In this document: piece by piece, positions 24,455-37,183 of the stretch
Numbering within the stretch: position 1 is the stretch's first letter
How the letters are laid out: each line of letters opens with the position of its first letter
Assembly: GCF_001194135.2 (NCBI RefSeq)
Contig: NC_068989.1
Location: forward strand, 4,852,388-4,916,387
Direction: 5' to 3'
Origin: Octopus bimaculoides
Lineage: Eukaryota
DNA length: 64,000 nt
Notes under the pieces: model-generated
What the model saw: only the letters and a program-made list of their open reading frames with translations
The model's database searches: none
What the model was told of the DNA's origin: nothing
Translations under genes and position numbers: made by a program

Positions 24455-26821
24455 CATTTCCAAATCTCTTTGTAATTATGTTTTGTAATGTGTGGCTTAT
24501 TATGTAGTAAAACTAAATCGAAAAATAATTTCTGGTATTTTCCTATTAATGATAGCCAATTTTATTTACTAAAGGATGAGTATGTAAATTATCACAGTCG
24601 TGAGAGAAATGTAATAGTTGATTGACAGACTTTTGGAATAACTGTCACTGACTTGTGAAGGAGGAAAAAGGCAAGGAATTACATGATTGTTGAAGACTTT
24701 ATTTACTAACCTTTAGTATAAAAGAATTGGCTATTGATAATAGGAAAGTACTTGTTTTTTAGGAGGTTTTTTAATGTAAAATTTCTACAAAACCAGGCAG
24801 GAATTCAAATGTTTGCATTATTTTATTTTTTGAGAGGTGGGGGTGAGGTGGGAGTGGGGACTTTCATTTTGCAAAGAAAAGTTTTCTCTTCTATTTCTAA
24901 ACTAGAAAAATGACTACAGTATGTAAAAATACTGCCCAAGTCTCCGAAAGAAAACTGAATGAAAGCAGACATGTTTTTAAAAACAAAAAAAGAATACAAA
25001 TTCATTTTTTAAGTAGATATGCTTATTTCATAACTCCACCCCACCCCTACCCTAAGAAAGAAAATGATTTTGTGCAAAACCATCACAATTTTGAACAATT
25101 TAAATGACATAATTAACAACAACAAAGCAGCAAAAAGCAAATTCAGAATGAATAGAAAGTTTGAATTGAGAAATGCTGAATGCCTTCCATCATTTGCTGC
25201 GGTGACCTTGAATAGACAGGCCCTAGATACGAATTATCTAGCTGAGAACTGCTTATTTGAACTGTGTGACAAAGGGAAAAGCATCCATACCTAAGGTTCT
25301 TACCAAACAGCTGAATAAAAATGAAAATAACTTATCACAATATCTGGAATATGACAGGTGTCTTTTGTTATTCCTGCAAAAGAGTAGTTGTAAGCAACCC
25401 TGGTCAATATGTGGCAGAACATCTCCGCCATCAACTAAGATGGAAATGATGCAGTTTTAATTAAAGAAAAAAATACTTAAAGAATAAGGATGCAGAACAT
25501 GTAGTGCGAAGCCCACCTCTGTGATTTTAAGTTCTTGATATAGTAAACAAAGCATTGATGGATCATTTAAATAAGATACATGAACAGTTAGGGGTATATA
25601 TTGTGCAGATTTGAACATAGATGGCTTCTGATTATGTGGAGTGCATGACAGACTGGCTACTTGTGAAGAATTCTAAACAATAACAACAGCAATCAGGGAG
25701 GGAGGGGGGACAATAAATTTCAGAAGCATTTGGAAGTATATTCTGCTTCTTTTGACTTATTCAAGTTTGCTATCAAAATCTTAAGGCCTTCCTAAGTAAA
25801 TTCTTGGTGTTGTTGTTGTTTAACCACAGGTCATTCCTAGTGTTTCTGTCATGATCATCTTAATTTCTTTATACAGTGTTTGTAAGCATATTATTGAATA
25901 TGCCTTCCCATTAAAAAAAAAGAATTATGATTTAGCTGCTACTTCTTGCAGATCAAGTAATGCTGTAAGAATTCCTGTGTTAGCTCAACTTAAGTAGATA
26001 AAAATAAGCAAGCAATGGAAAAAGTGAAAACAAAACAAGAAATTTGTAAATCATTTCTTTTGTCTGTTGTTAACAAAAAAAAACCTGCACCTCCTCTTCT
26101 TATTTAAAAAAAAAAAATTAAAAAATATTGGGATTGAGTAAGGATTAAGACATCATCAGTAAAATGAGATAATCCTTACAGCTCTACTGTTATTGAATGT
26201 GTTCCAAGGATTAAGTTAAGAAGAAATAGATTTCTTGGCAAAAAGAAAACAAGAGAAAATGGAAAGATTAGGAAGTATTAAAATACATGAAGTGGAAGGT
26301 TTGAACTTAGGCAGCAGCTGCGTGTGTGTGTGTGTGTGTGTGTGTGATAGAGAGAGGGGGAGCATGTACATATATGAACACATGGAGGGGGAGAGAGAAT
26401 GTACATGTAGGAGCATATATTTACGTGTGTGTGTGTGTGTGTGCTCAATTGCTTGTGAATATATTTGTGACTCATCTGTGTAAATATATTGGTATATTCA
26501 TACACCAGAAAATGAAACTATTTGTTTGAATGATTGTGTGCACATATGCTATATGTACTGTATTTATGCACAACACAGCATAAATCAGAATTGAAACAAA
26601 TTTAAATTGCATAATGCCCTACCATGGGTTAAATAAGAATTAAAATTATAAAAACATCTTCCTTATGCTGTTGTTGTATAGAAAAAGGAGGAGAAAGTTT
26701 CCATTGCAATTCCTGCAGACAAAAACATTGCCAACAATTTCAAAATATACTGAATTTAAAAGTATGTCCAAAAGCAAAAATGTAAGTCATACCAGTTATT
26801 ATCAGAGGAAGAAAAAAATCT

Positions 26822-27008
26822 ATTGTACCTCCTAAAGTAGTTGGACATTGAGTGCTCCAAAAATCTTCCCTCCTGGAAACAGTTCATATTCTTAGAAAGG
26901 TACTTTCTTTACTTTCTTTCCAAGAAAAACATCTACAAAAATCAGTATCCATACTCTACAATCAAATAACAGTGATGATGATGATAATAATAATAATAAT
27001 AATAATAA
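26822..27008 (+). mobile_element. R4/Dong-like (RLE) non-LTR 3' end with (TAA)n tail
   Basis: LQKSSLLETVHILRKVL resembles the LQK..LLGTA.ILRKVL C-terminus of R4/Dong elements; short 3'UTR followed by (GAT)(AAT)n. Confidence 0.55.
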
Positions 27009-27352
27009 AAAGAGCCAAGGCAACACCAGCATTCTCTCAGCAATTAGCCAGAGATGATTTTTTAAAACGAGAATATCTGAAATAAACTCAACTGCTCTCA
27101 CAAATGAGAATACTAAAAATGAACCTGACCGCTCACAAAAATTAAGTGAAAAAACAGGAAAAATAACTCTGAATCCTTGTCCAGTACCAGATTGATCCCA
27201 AAATCTCATCAGTTCATGCCAGCCACGAGGCCAAACATCCCTGAAAGTTTCATCGAAATCCATCCAGCGGTTTTTGAGATATCTTGTCCACGGAAAACAA
27301 ACAAACAAATAAACACGACTGAAAACAATATCTCCGCCTTCGCTAAGGTGAA

Positions 27353-27356
<4 letters not shown>
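27009..27356 (+). mobile_element. Non-autonomous Helitron/Helentron-type (HINE/DINE-1-like) element
   Basis: AAGTTTCATCGAAATCCATCCAGCGGTTTTTGAGATATC core, (ACAA)n tract, 3' hairpin GCCTTCGC-TAAG-GTGAAGGT (27336-27355); (AAT)n on both flanks. Confidence 0.6.
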
Positions 27357-27383
<27 letters not shown>

Positions 27384-28428
27384 GTAATAAGGAAGAGGAT
27401 ATTGACTAAAAACAACTAGTGGGCTGGCTTTCCCGTCATCCCTAACAACACAAAAACCTCTGCTTCACCACCATCACTACCCACACACAAACACACACAC
27501 CCACATTTCCATCTCATATTGAATTTAATAATTTAGTTTCAACTCTACTGTGTCAATTTACAAAAGCTATATGCTGTCTAATTAGAACATTGCAAACCAC
27601 TGCAATATGTTATGATATGAAATCAAACAACTGCAGCACATGTGCATCTGTGTATGCAATACGATGCCAACACTACTGTAACATGCAATCAATTGGTTAC
27701 AAGCTATAGCACTGTTGCCCAATTATAGAGACATTCAATTATCAAGAGAACATTGGATTCTAATTAGAGTAAAACATGGCTTTATAGTAAGCATGTAGCA
27801 CACACACACACATAACTGATAATCTAATGTGTACATAGACACAAGCACTGAAAGAAATACACTTACACATAAATATGTAAACACACACACAAACAAACAA
27901 TCTCTGACAGAATAAAGTATGCACATAAAAACAAGCAAATAATGTCACACATATTACAAGACACACACACACACACACACACAGTCATCCTGCAATATGC
28001 ACAGTTACACACAAATATTTGTAACATACACATACACAAATAGTTATGCTGTCACATGCACAACCTTAGATTAAAATGCACACACATGCTTAATTAAACA
28101 GAAATGCAAGAGAAATGTCTTAAAACATAAATATAGTAATTAATACACACACACACACACACACATGCATGAGCACACACACAAGCACACTCCTACCCAT
28201 TCACCCATCATTTCTCTTCCACCCACTTCTCTCTCTCTCAAATGTAGTCAGCCAAATCTTTCTGAAATTCCTCCCTGCCATTTTAAAAATGGATGATACA
28301 TTTGAAAATGTCCTTTGTACGTTATCTGGAAATGAGATGGGATAACCATAGCCAGAATGCCTGTGACCACAGGTCTGCTGACCTGGGCTAAACCACAATA
28401 ACACACACACTCTCATGCAGCCTCTTAA

Positions 28429-28623
28429 CTCTTTCGTTACTGTATTCATTTTGAGATGCTCTGTGTTTCTTTCAATTAATTTTAAATATAACAAAGAATT
28501 TAGTAAAATAACTTAGTTATTATTCAGCTAGTGTTAGGAACATAAATTGTGACTAAGGTATGCTGGAAGATTTTAATTCAAAACTTATGAAAACCGGTTT
28601 CAGCCAGGTTGGTAACGAAAGGG
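28429..28623 (+). mobile_element. piggyBac-type MITE (195 bp)
   Basis: TTAA on both sides (28425-28428, 28624-28627); TIRs CTCTTTCGTTAC / GTAACGAAAGGG, 11 of 12 matching. Confidence 0.75.
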
Positions 28624-28801
28624 TTAAACACATATTCAAACAACCAAAAGTACTTTATGAGACCACATATAGTTCACTCTGCTATTCCATTGATATCTTC
28701 TTAAAAGACATGGAGTGTTAGCACAAAATATTTGTCATCTAATATAAGTCACGCTCTACCTCACACCATCTTTGGTCAAGCATCATAATACCTTTTTTTT
28801 T

Positions 28802-29000
28802 GTTTTCCATTGTGTTCTTCTGCAGTCTTGATGTGTTATCTTTTCCTTGGACTTCTCAGTAAGGTACTTCTATCTTCATTAGCTTTTTGACACTATGAGG
28901 TGCCAAGTGGCCTGTGACAAGGGTCCTTTGCAGTTGACTCCAAACTAGTGAGCAAAACGGTTCATATTCTTAAAAAGGTACTTTCTTTACTTTCTTTCTA
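28802..29000. mobile_element. R4/Dong-like 3' fragment with an inverted 5' segment
   Basis: Minus segment 28802-28945 reads KYLTE/VQGKDNTSRLQKNT (one frameshift); plus segment 28954-29000 reads TVHILKKVLSL and is nearly identical to 26877-26920. Confidence 0.55.
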
Positions 29001-30484
29001 CACCATATGCCCGTGGGCATATGGTTGAAACGTTGTGTTAACAACAAACAAGATAAGGCAAATATCCGTCAATTGTAAATAATGTAAATAGTGAGCAAAA
29101 GTTCTCCATTTTTCAATGTATAGACAAGCTATTTGCCAGCATTTGTAGAGAAAACTGAGATGTCAACAATGTTTATATCAAGTAGGTTATTGATCTCGGC
29201 CAATAAAGAATAAAATTTTTAAAATCCATCTTTGAGATGATAGTAGGCTAGTGAAGTTTTATAATAGAATAGAAACATTTCCAGTCAAAAGTGATAATCT
29301 CTTTGCTAGCAGATAATGACTAATGATTAAATTTCTCATGCATAAAGAAATACTGAGTGTTCAAGTGCAATATATATATATATATATGTATATATATGTA
29401 ATTCAACACTAAGAATAATAACCACAAATCATGTAGATTGTTAGAAGCAGTTCTAGCCAGTCACTTTCTCCTTTAAATTTCTTCAGATGTATCGTCTTCA
29501 TTTGTGATTACTGGACCCAAAACTCACAAACTGAAATTTTTCCCAAATCAATGTGCCAGAAAAATTAAACCCCACATAAACTTAATTGCATGTCTTCACA
29601 CACATATACATGCAGTTTTCCATAAAACTGTAACATACTAAAATACAAATACATACACACATATGACATGTTCACAAGTGTTGAACACATTCTCCAAAGC
29701 TATGTAAACACACACACACACACACACTCATATATACATGCACAAATTGGTTTCTATAGCTGTGTAAACACACATATTGTCTAACTCATAAATCGTCTTA
29801 TTGGGAACACACTCATAAAATAACTGCACATCTACATTTCCAGATGTGTAAAAAAACTATACCAACGCATCCTAATAATTCAGGGTTCCGTCATCTTGCT
29901 CTGACACAGCCAACTAGTCTAGGTTTCCATCTGGAAAATTACTACCACACCACCATCACCACAGAAACAACTACTACCACCACTACCGCCGCCGCCACCA
30001 CCACCACCTATCTTTTTGAGGTATATTTACCTCCAGATATTTCTACCTTTACCACCACCACTACTAGCCATCACTATAACTTTTGCTACCACCCCTACCT
30101 TCTGTTAGAAACATTACTTCAGTCATTACTGCTATCACCACTACTACTACTACTACTACTACCACCAGCACCACCACAAATCATCATCATCATCACCAGC
30201 AATACTGCATTGACAAAGTAGTAACAGAAACAAGACTGGTTGGATAGAGGAGGTGTATACGAACCTTTGCATTGTTGGTTGAATACTTAATTCATTAAAT
30301 GTTGAGAGAGGGAGTAGCGGTGGAATGGGGTAGAGTAGTAGGAGGAAAAGGGATGGTAGGTAAGGAGATAGGTGAGGGGTTAATGCTGTTGCTAAGTATG
30401 TAAAAAGAGTAAATGTTGAAGTGGTCAGAAGAGAAAATATACGAAAGTAGGCAGGTATTCACGGATAGCAATATATAAGTATAT

Positions 30485-30673
30485 GGAGTAGAGGGGCATG
30501 TCATTGATGCGGTTGTGAATAGCAACAAAAGAATTTCAACAAACCTAGCTGAATGAGTGATTGTCAGAGTGACTAAATCAATTGATTAAATGGTTAATAA
30601 CCAATCGACAAGTAATATTAAAGAAGTGAAAAAGAGTAAATGAGTGTGTTTGTTATTGGCATAACGACCCTCC
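30485..30673. repeat. Unclassified interspersed repeat (also at 53571-53770)
   Basis: Shared GGAGTAGAG(A)GGGCATGTCATTGATG...TATTGGCATAA(C/T)GACCCTCC in the same order. Confidence 0.7.
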
Positions 30674-33465
30674 CAAGGTGTGTGTGTATAACATGTTTAC
30701 GAGGAAAAGGTTGACAATTGAAGTTTTGGTGCATTTGCCTTCATCAGCCGTTAGGTGTAATACCGTAAATAATGTGTTTTTGTTTAGTATTCTGTCTTTT
30801 CTTCCAATAATAATTAGTTTCGGAATTTGTGACATTAATGCCTTTCCTAACAGTATTAATGGTGTAAGTTACATGAAATGAAATAAAAGAACTACATCCG
30901 TAGAATGAGAAACCTATTTAAATAGATTTAACAGTAGTTTATCTTCTATTTTATTTTATGGAATTTCCATGTGAGTGGGTGGGTGAGTTGGGGGACAGAA
31001 TGAATGATTGTGTGAGATAATCTTATTTGTATTTCTTGGCAGAATTAGTGTCATCTTATTTTCTCTTGCAAAAGCAATGAAACCTTGATGCATAAAAGCA
31101 ATATACCATCTGCATACAATAGCCAGAACGTGTGTGGGTATGTGTTTAAGCTGTTGTAAGATTAAATGATGTGTTTGTGATGTGGGATGTGGGATACTTT
31201 CTTGAAATGCGAAGTCACCTCCTGGGGTGTTTTAACTGGTTATCGGTTGTCCACTAGTTTGTAATGATACACTGTCCACCTGTCATGATGTCAAACACCT
31301 TTTGTAGGAGGTGGGCAGCTAGGCAGCACTGATCTGATACCACATCTACTGCAAATGTTTTATAACCACTAGTATATTCTCATCATTGTTATTATTATTA
31401 CTGATGTTAATGTCATTTTTATCGTTATCGGCATCCCCTCCCCCCCCCACCTTCATCATCTTTGGCAGGTTATTGAAAGAGCTTATACATGGTTCGCTTG
31501 ACCCAGTTCTTTCAAATCACATCCTCAATTAGTGTGATTCTATCAATTCTATACAAATGTTATTCAAACAACTCAGATGGTTTAAGGATCTACTTCCATA
31601 TTATGTAATTGTGCTAAAATACGAATGATTTGTCAGCAAACAAATAGATCTCTATAAATTTAACTCTTTTTCTTTCAGTAATTAAACTAATGGATTTCTT
31701 ACATTGGCACTCGACTACAGATATTTAGGTGAAGGTTCTAATTGATCAAATCAAACCTCCACGTGAAATGCATGAGTGATAAGTTTCACTCTGGCAAGAT
31801 CTGTGGTCGGAACGTTGAATAAAATGAAACTAAATGTTGTGAAATATTTTGTTCACTGATGCAGATTACTATCATCATCACCGCTACTTCTGTTGTCATC
31901 ATCGTCATGGTATTGAGGAGAATCATGATAAAATATCCTGATGTAATTTATGTGAGTGAGTGTGTGTGTATGTATGTATGTATGTGTAGATATATATATA
32001 TATATATATATAGATATATATATATATATATGCACACACACATATCCCACTGCAGTTGACAAAATGTCTATTAAAAACAGCTATAAGTATAAAGATCTCT
32101 CTCTCTCTCTCATGTATGTATATATATATATATATATATATATAATGAATTAAAGAGAAGAAAAGCAAACAGGTACCCAGAATGTAGTGATAAGAAGAAA
32201 AAAAATGATAAAAACAAAAGTCCCCTTTCTCTTTCTTGCCTTCATAATAATGGGTGCATTGGGAATGACAAAAGGAGAACATGAACAATTATATAACCCA
32301 AGATCTCAAGATTTACAAATGTACATTAAATACAGAAGAACAGAAACAAAACTGAAACCAGTATAAGAAGCAGCTAGCACTAAACAGGTAGCGCACTCGT
32401 GTTACATAGATTATTATGAAGACATTGGTTGAAACCAAAAGAAAATTGTATGTACCTCGGGAACACACTCACAAACACACACATACAATTACACTCTCAC
32501 GTGTGCATGCACACAATCTCACTCGTACAGATAAACACATATGCCATACAATAAAAGCACAAAAGGCGTTTCTTGGTGTTACTGTGAAAAACTTCTATGC
32601 AATCATAGAAGACATAATGATGGAGTTGGCCAAGGTTTCCCTCTTTTTGTTTTCTCATTTGATTTCTTTCTTCTTCTTTTCTATTCTTCTTCCCTGTTCT
32701 GTCTTCTTAATTTTTTCATCTTCATTTTCTTTCTTCTGCCTTCTTCACATTCTTCCCCAATTTCTTGTGTGTTGACACAAATCTACCCATTTGTTGGCAT
32801 GTGTTTTTTGTGGTAGTGGTGGAGTGTTTGTTAGTCAACTGAGTTGACCCTCCTAGTGCATGCCTACTGCTTATTTTATCGTCCCTGGAAAGGTGGAAAA
32901 TAAGCCAGTTGTAGCAGGATTTGAACTTGGGAATATGGAGGGATGAAACTAAATACTATAAGGCATTGATACTTTATTGTTTCTGCTTTTCATCTCACTG
33001 TCAAGGGATAAATATTTTGCCTCTACCACTACTTTTATGAACGTTTTCAAGAGATGATGAAAGGTGCAGCCCTGAACCTTGCTTGTGACAACCCAGTTTC
33101 ACTCTGTGTCTTGTATCAAGTACCATTTTATTTATTGTATTTTTCTAACCACTGTAAATTCACTCATATATATNNNNNNNNNNNNNNNNNNNNNNNNNNN
33201 NNNNNNNNNNNNNNNNNNNNNNNNNNNNNNNNNNNNNNNNNNNNNNNNNNNNNNNNNNNNNNNNNNNNNNNNNNNNNNNNNNNNNNNNNNNNNNNNNNNN
33301 NNNNNNNNNNNNNNNNNNNNNNNNNNNNNNNNNNNNNNNNNNNNNNNNNNNNNNNNNNNNNNNNNNNNNNNNNNNNNNNNNNNNNNNNNNNNNNNNNNNN
33401 NNNNNNNNNNNNNNNNNNNNNNNNNNNNNNNNNNNNNNNNNNNNNNNNNNNNNNNNNNNNNNNNN

Positions 33466-33605
33466 TGGCAACGATCTTACTTGGCTTGCCGGGTCTTCTC
33501 ACGCACAGCCCATTTCCAAAGGTCTCGGTCCGTAGTCATCGCCTCGGTGAGGCCCAATGTACGAAGGTCTTGCCTCACCACCTCAGCCCAGGTCTTCCTG
33601 GGCCT
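33466..33605 (-). mobile_element. RTE-clade LINE ORF2 C-terminus, young-looking copy
   Basis: The minus strand reads RPRKTWAEVVRQDLRTLGLTEAMTTDRDLWKWAVREKTRQAK* without lesions; CpG-rich; runs into the gap at 33174-33465. Confidence 0.9.
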
Positions 33606-33688
33606 ATATATATATATATTGTATAAAGGATTGTGGGTAAGGCCAGAACAATGCAAAGTAAATGCAAGGCAAATCCCAAGAAAACAAA

Positions 33689-33749
33689 TTCTTTTATACT
33701 TTTACTCGTTTCAACCACCCAACTGCGGCCATGCTGGAGCACCACCTTT
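33689..33749 (-). mobile_element. SINE family A tail fragment
   Basis: ACTGCGGCCATGCTGGAGCACCACCTTT is the reverse complement of the family A tail. Confidence 0.75.
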
Positions 33750-35022
33750 GTATAAATTAATGTAGACTTACTTTGCATTCAATATTTATGACCCCATTTT
33801 CAAGAAATTTGGGATTTGCCTGTGTGTGTATCTCCATCCATCTATCTATCTGTCTGTCTGTCTATCCACTCATACCTCAAGTAAAAGAAAGGGTGGTCAA
33901 GGCTTAATAGGCCTGCTCAATCTCAGAAATTTGTCTTTAAACTTATTCATGGTAGTGTAGCTGTGTATCTACATAAATGTATATTAATATATGTGTAACC
34001 ATGTTTGTGTGTATGTGTATTAATGCATGTATGCATATCACTATATTTGTTTCTGTGCTTATAACAATATATGTGTTGGAGCTTTTTCTTTATCAGTTAC
34101 TCTCTGTGTGTGTGTGTGTGTAGATGTGCTATTGTGTGCATCAAAAAATATATATACATATATGCCAATGTATAACAATATATGTGCATGTGTTTGAGTG
34201 AATATCAATGTATGCATATCAGTATATCGGTGTGTGCAGCTGATAATCAACAACAAATGTTCATCAATCATTACTGATCCCATTCGGTAAGTTTTCAACA
34301 AAGATTTGTATGAAAATGAAAATATGTATTACGTCTTTGCAATTTTTGACATGGAAACATGTATCCTACTACCACATTAAATTTCTTGCATTCATTCTTA
34401 GTTCTGTTATGTTAATATGTTGGTATCAAAGGAATTATCATCGGGTGGGCAGGCAGGCAAGCTGGCTGGCTGGCTGGCTGGTTGGTTGTCACATGATAAG
34501 GAAACAGGTAGTTGGCTTATATGTATATCTTTCATTGTGTATTGACAATAATGGTTAAATTAGAACTTTTATGCTATCGAAATACTTGTAATTGGTAAGT
34601 AATGTGATTGCAATCTGAAGGAAAGGCTGTTTCGAGTAGATTGTAGGATAGGCTGTTACATTAAGCCATCACTTTTGTCTTGGGAGACGCATGGGAATTT
34701 TGATAGATATCTTACTGATTTTTACATATTTTTTTGCTGAAAAGTTAGTGGTATTTGTGGAATATATGGTTTGTGGAGAAAATTTTCCTTATCAGTGTAA
34801 ATAAATTTTGGATACATGAGACATTACTTTCTTACATAAGATATATGTTGTACTAGCTTGATTTCTTTTGTACTCATCTTATTTTCATCGCTGGTATATA
34901 TTCTAATTTCTGTTTAAACTTACTTTTTTCAAGATATTATTGAAATAGTGTGAACACTCTGATTAATTTTTTTTTCTTGTTATTGGAAAATGTATACTCT
35001 GCAGTTAACATTTCTAAACATA

Positions 35023-35410
35023 GGAGTGGCTGTATGGTAAGTAGCTTGCTTACCAACCACATGGTCCCGGGTTCAGTCCCACTGCATAGCACCTTGGGCA
35101 AGTATCTTCTACTATAGCCTCGGGCCGACCAAAGCCTTGTGAGTGGATTTGGTTGACAGAAATTGAAAAATATGTATATATGTATGTGTGTGTATATGTT
35201 TGTGTGTCTGTACTTGTCTCTCCAACATCGCTTGACAACTGATGCTGGTGTGTTTACGTCCCTGTAACCTAGCGGTTCGGCAAAAAAGACCAATAGAATA
35301 AGTATTAGGCTTACAAAGAATAAGTCCTGGGGTCAATTTGCTCGACTAAAGGCGGTGCTCCAGCATGGCTGCTGTCAAATGACTGAAACAAGTAAAAGAA
35401 TAAAAGAATA
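35023..35410 (+). mobile_element. Near-complete tRNA-derived SINE family A
   Basis: A-box-like TGGCTGTATGG, B-box-like GGTTCAGTCC, central (TG)/(TA) tract, 3' tail ending AAAAGAATAAAAGAATA. Confidence 0.9.
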
Positions 35411-35725
35411 TATCATCGTCATCATCTTCATCATTTTAAGTCTCTTTCTTATGCTGGCATGAATTGGATGATTTGACAAACCAAAGAACTGTACCAAGCT
35501 CCAATGTGTGCTTTGGCATGGTTTCTATGGCTGGATTCTCTTCCTAACAGCATCCATTACACTCTCAGAGTGGTTGGCGTTAGGAAGGGCATCCAGATGT
35601 AGAAAACCATGCCAAATCAGATTGGAGTCTGGTGCGGACCACCAGTGTGCCAGCCCAGTCAAACTGTCCAACCCATGCCAGCATGGACAATGGACATTAA
35701 ATGATGATGATGATGAGAGATATAT

Positions 35726-36164
35726 GCTGTGACTGAGAAGACCCAGCAAATAAAGTGAGTTCACAGCTGTAACCTACACCAGTGTGGCATAACCAGCCCA
35801 CTCAAAAGTACCTTGGATCGTAGGGTGACATGCTGTGCTTGAGAAGACCTATTGAGTCAAGTACATCAAAATCAAATCAAATCACAATCAAATGAAAATT
35901 GTAGTTGTGATCCCCATGCCAGTGGCACGTAAAAAGCACCATCCAATCGTGATCAATGCCAGCCCCCTCTGGCCCCTGTGCTGGTGGCACGTAAAAAAGC
36001 ACCCACTACACTCTTGGAGTGGTTGGCATTAGGAAAGGCCTCCAGCTGTAGAAACACTGACCGATCAGACTGGAGCCTGGTGCAGCTCCTGGCTTCCCAG
36101 ACCCCAGTCGAACTGTCCAGCCCATGCCAGCATGGAAAACAGACATTAAACAATGATGATGATG

Positions 36165-36166
<2 letters not shown>
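35726..36166 (+). mobile_element. RTE-LINE 3' end (last codons, 3'UTR and (GAT)n tail), preceded by a further family B fragment at about 35420-35715
   Basis: Begins AVTEKTQQIK*, homologous to AVREKTRQAK* at 33466-33605, and runs into the family B sequence. Confidence 0.85.
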
Positions 36167-36205
<39 letters not shown>

Positions 36206-36269
36206 GTAGTATATTGCCACTTAAGTGTGGCTGACCCCTAGGGGTGGATGTTACTGTTGCTTTTAGCCC

Positions 36270-37131
36270 NNNNNNNNNNNNNNNNNNNNNNNNNNNNNNN
36301 NNNNNNNNNNNNNNNNNNNNNNNNNNNNNNNNNNNNNNNNNNNNNNNNNNNNNNNNNNNNNNNNNNNNNNNNNNNNNNNNNNNNNNNNNNNNNNNNNNNN
36401 NNNNNNNNNNNNNNNNNNNNNNNNNNNNNNNNNNNNNNNNNNNNNNNNNNNNNNNNNNNNNNNNNNNNNNNNNNNNNNNNNNNNNNNNNNNNNNNNNNNN
36501 NNNNNNNNNNNNNNNNNNNNNNNNNNNNNNNNNNNNNNNNNNNNNNNNNNNNNNNNNNNNNNNNNNNNNNNNNNNNNNNNNNNNNNNNNNNNNNNNNNNN
36601 NNNNNNNNNNNNNNNNNNNNNNNNNNNNNNNNNNNNNNNNNNNNNNNNNNNNNNNNNNNNNNNNNNNNNNNNNNNNNNNNNNNNNNNNNNNNNNNNNNNN
36701 NNNNNNNNNNNNNNNNNNNNNNNNNNNNNNNNNNNNNNNNNNNNNNNNNNNNNNNNNNNNNNNNNNNNNNNNNNNNNNNNNNNNNNNNNNNNNNNNNNNN
36801 NNNNNNNNNNNNNNNNNNNNNNNNNNNNNNNNNNNNNNNNNNNNNNNNNNNNNNNNNNNNNNNNNNNNNNNNNNNNNNNNNNNNNNNNNNNNNNNNNNNN
36901 NNNNNNNNNNNNNNNNNNNNNNNNNNNNNNNNNNNNNNNNNNNNNNNNNNNNNNNNNNNNNNNNNNNNNNNNNNNNNNNNNNNNNNNNNNNNNNNNNNNN
37001 NNNNNNNNNNNNNNNNNNNNNNNNNNNNNNNNNNNNNNNNNNNNNNNNNNNNNNNNNNNNNNNNNNNNNNNNNNNNNNNNNNNNNNNNNNNNNNNNNNNN
37101 NNNNNNNNNNNNNNNNNNNNNNNNNNNNNNN
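36270..37131. other. Largest assembly gap (others: 10579-10651, 19216-19225, 19891-19933, 22560-22683, 33174-33465, 55782-55827, 59434-59605)
   Basis: N runs, mostly abutting microsatellites or young repeats. Confidence 0.99.

Positions 37132-37183
<52 letters not shown>

Noticed and set aside
30854-30863. 10-nt exon-like segment (CCTAACAG| ... |GTAAGT)
   Set aside because: Frame-shifting length; shows that chance pseudo-microexons occur in this intron.
35023-35110. tRNA gene
   Set aside because: The A/B-box-like head continues into a multi-copy SINE body; no complete cloverleaf.
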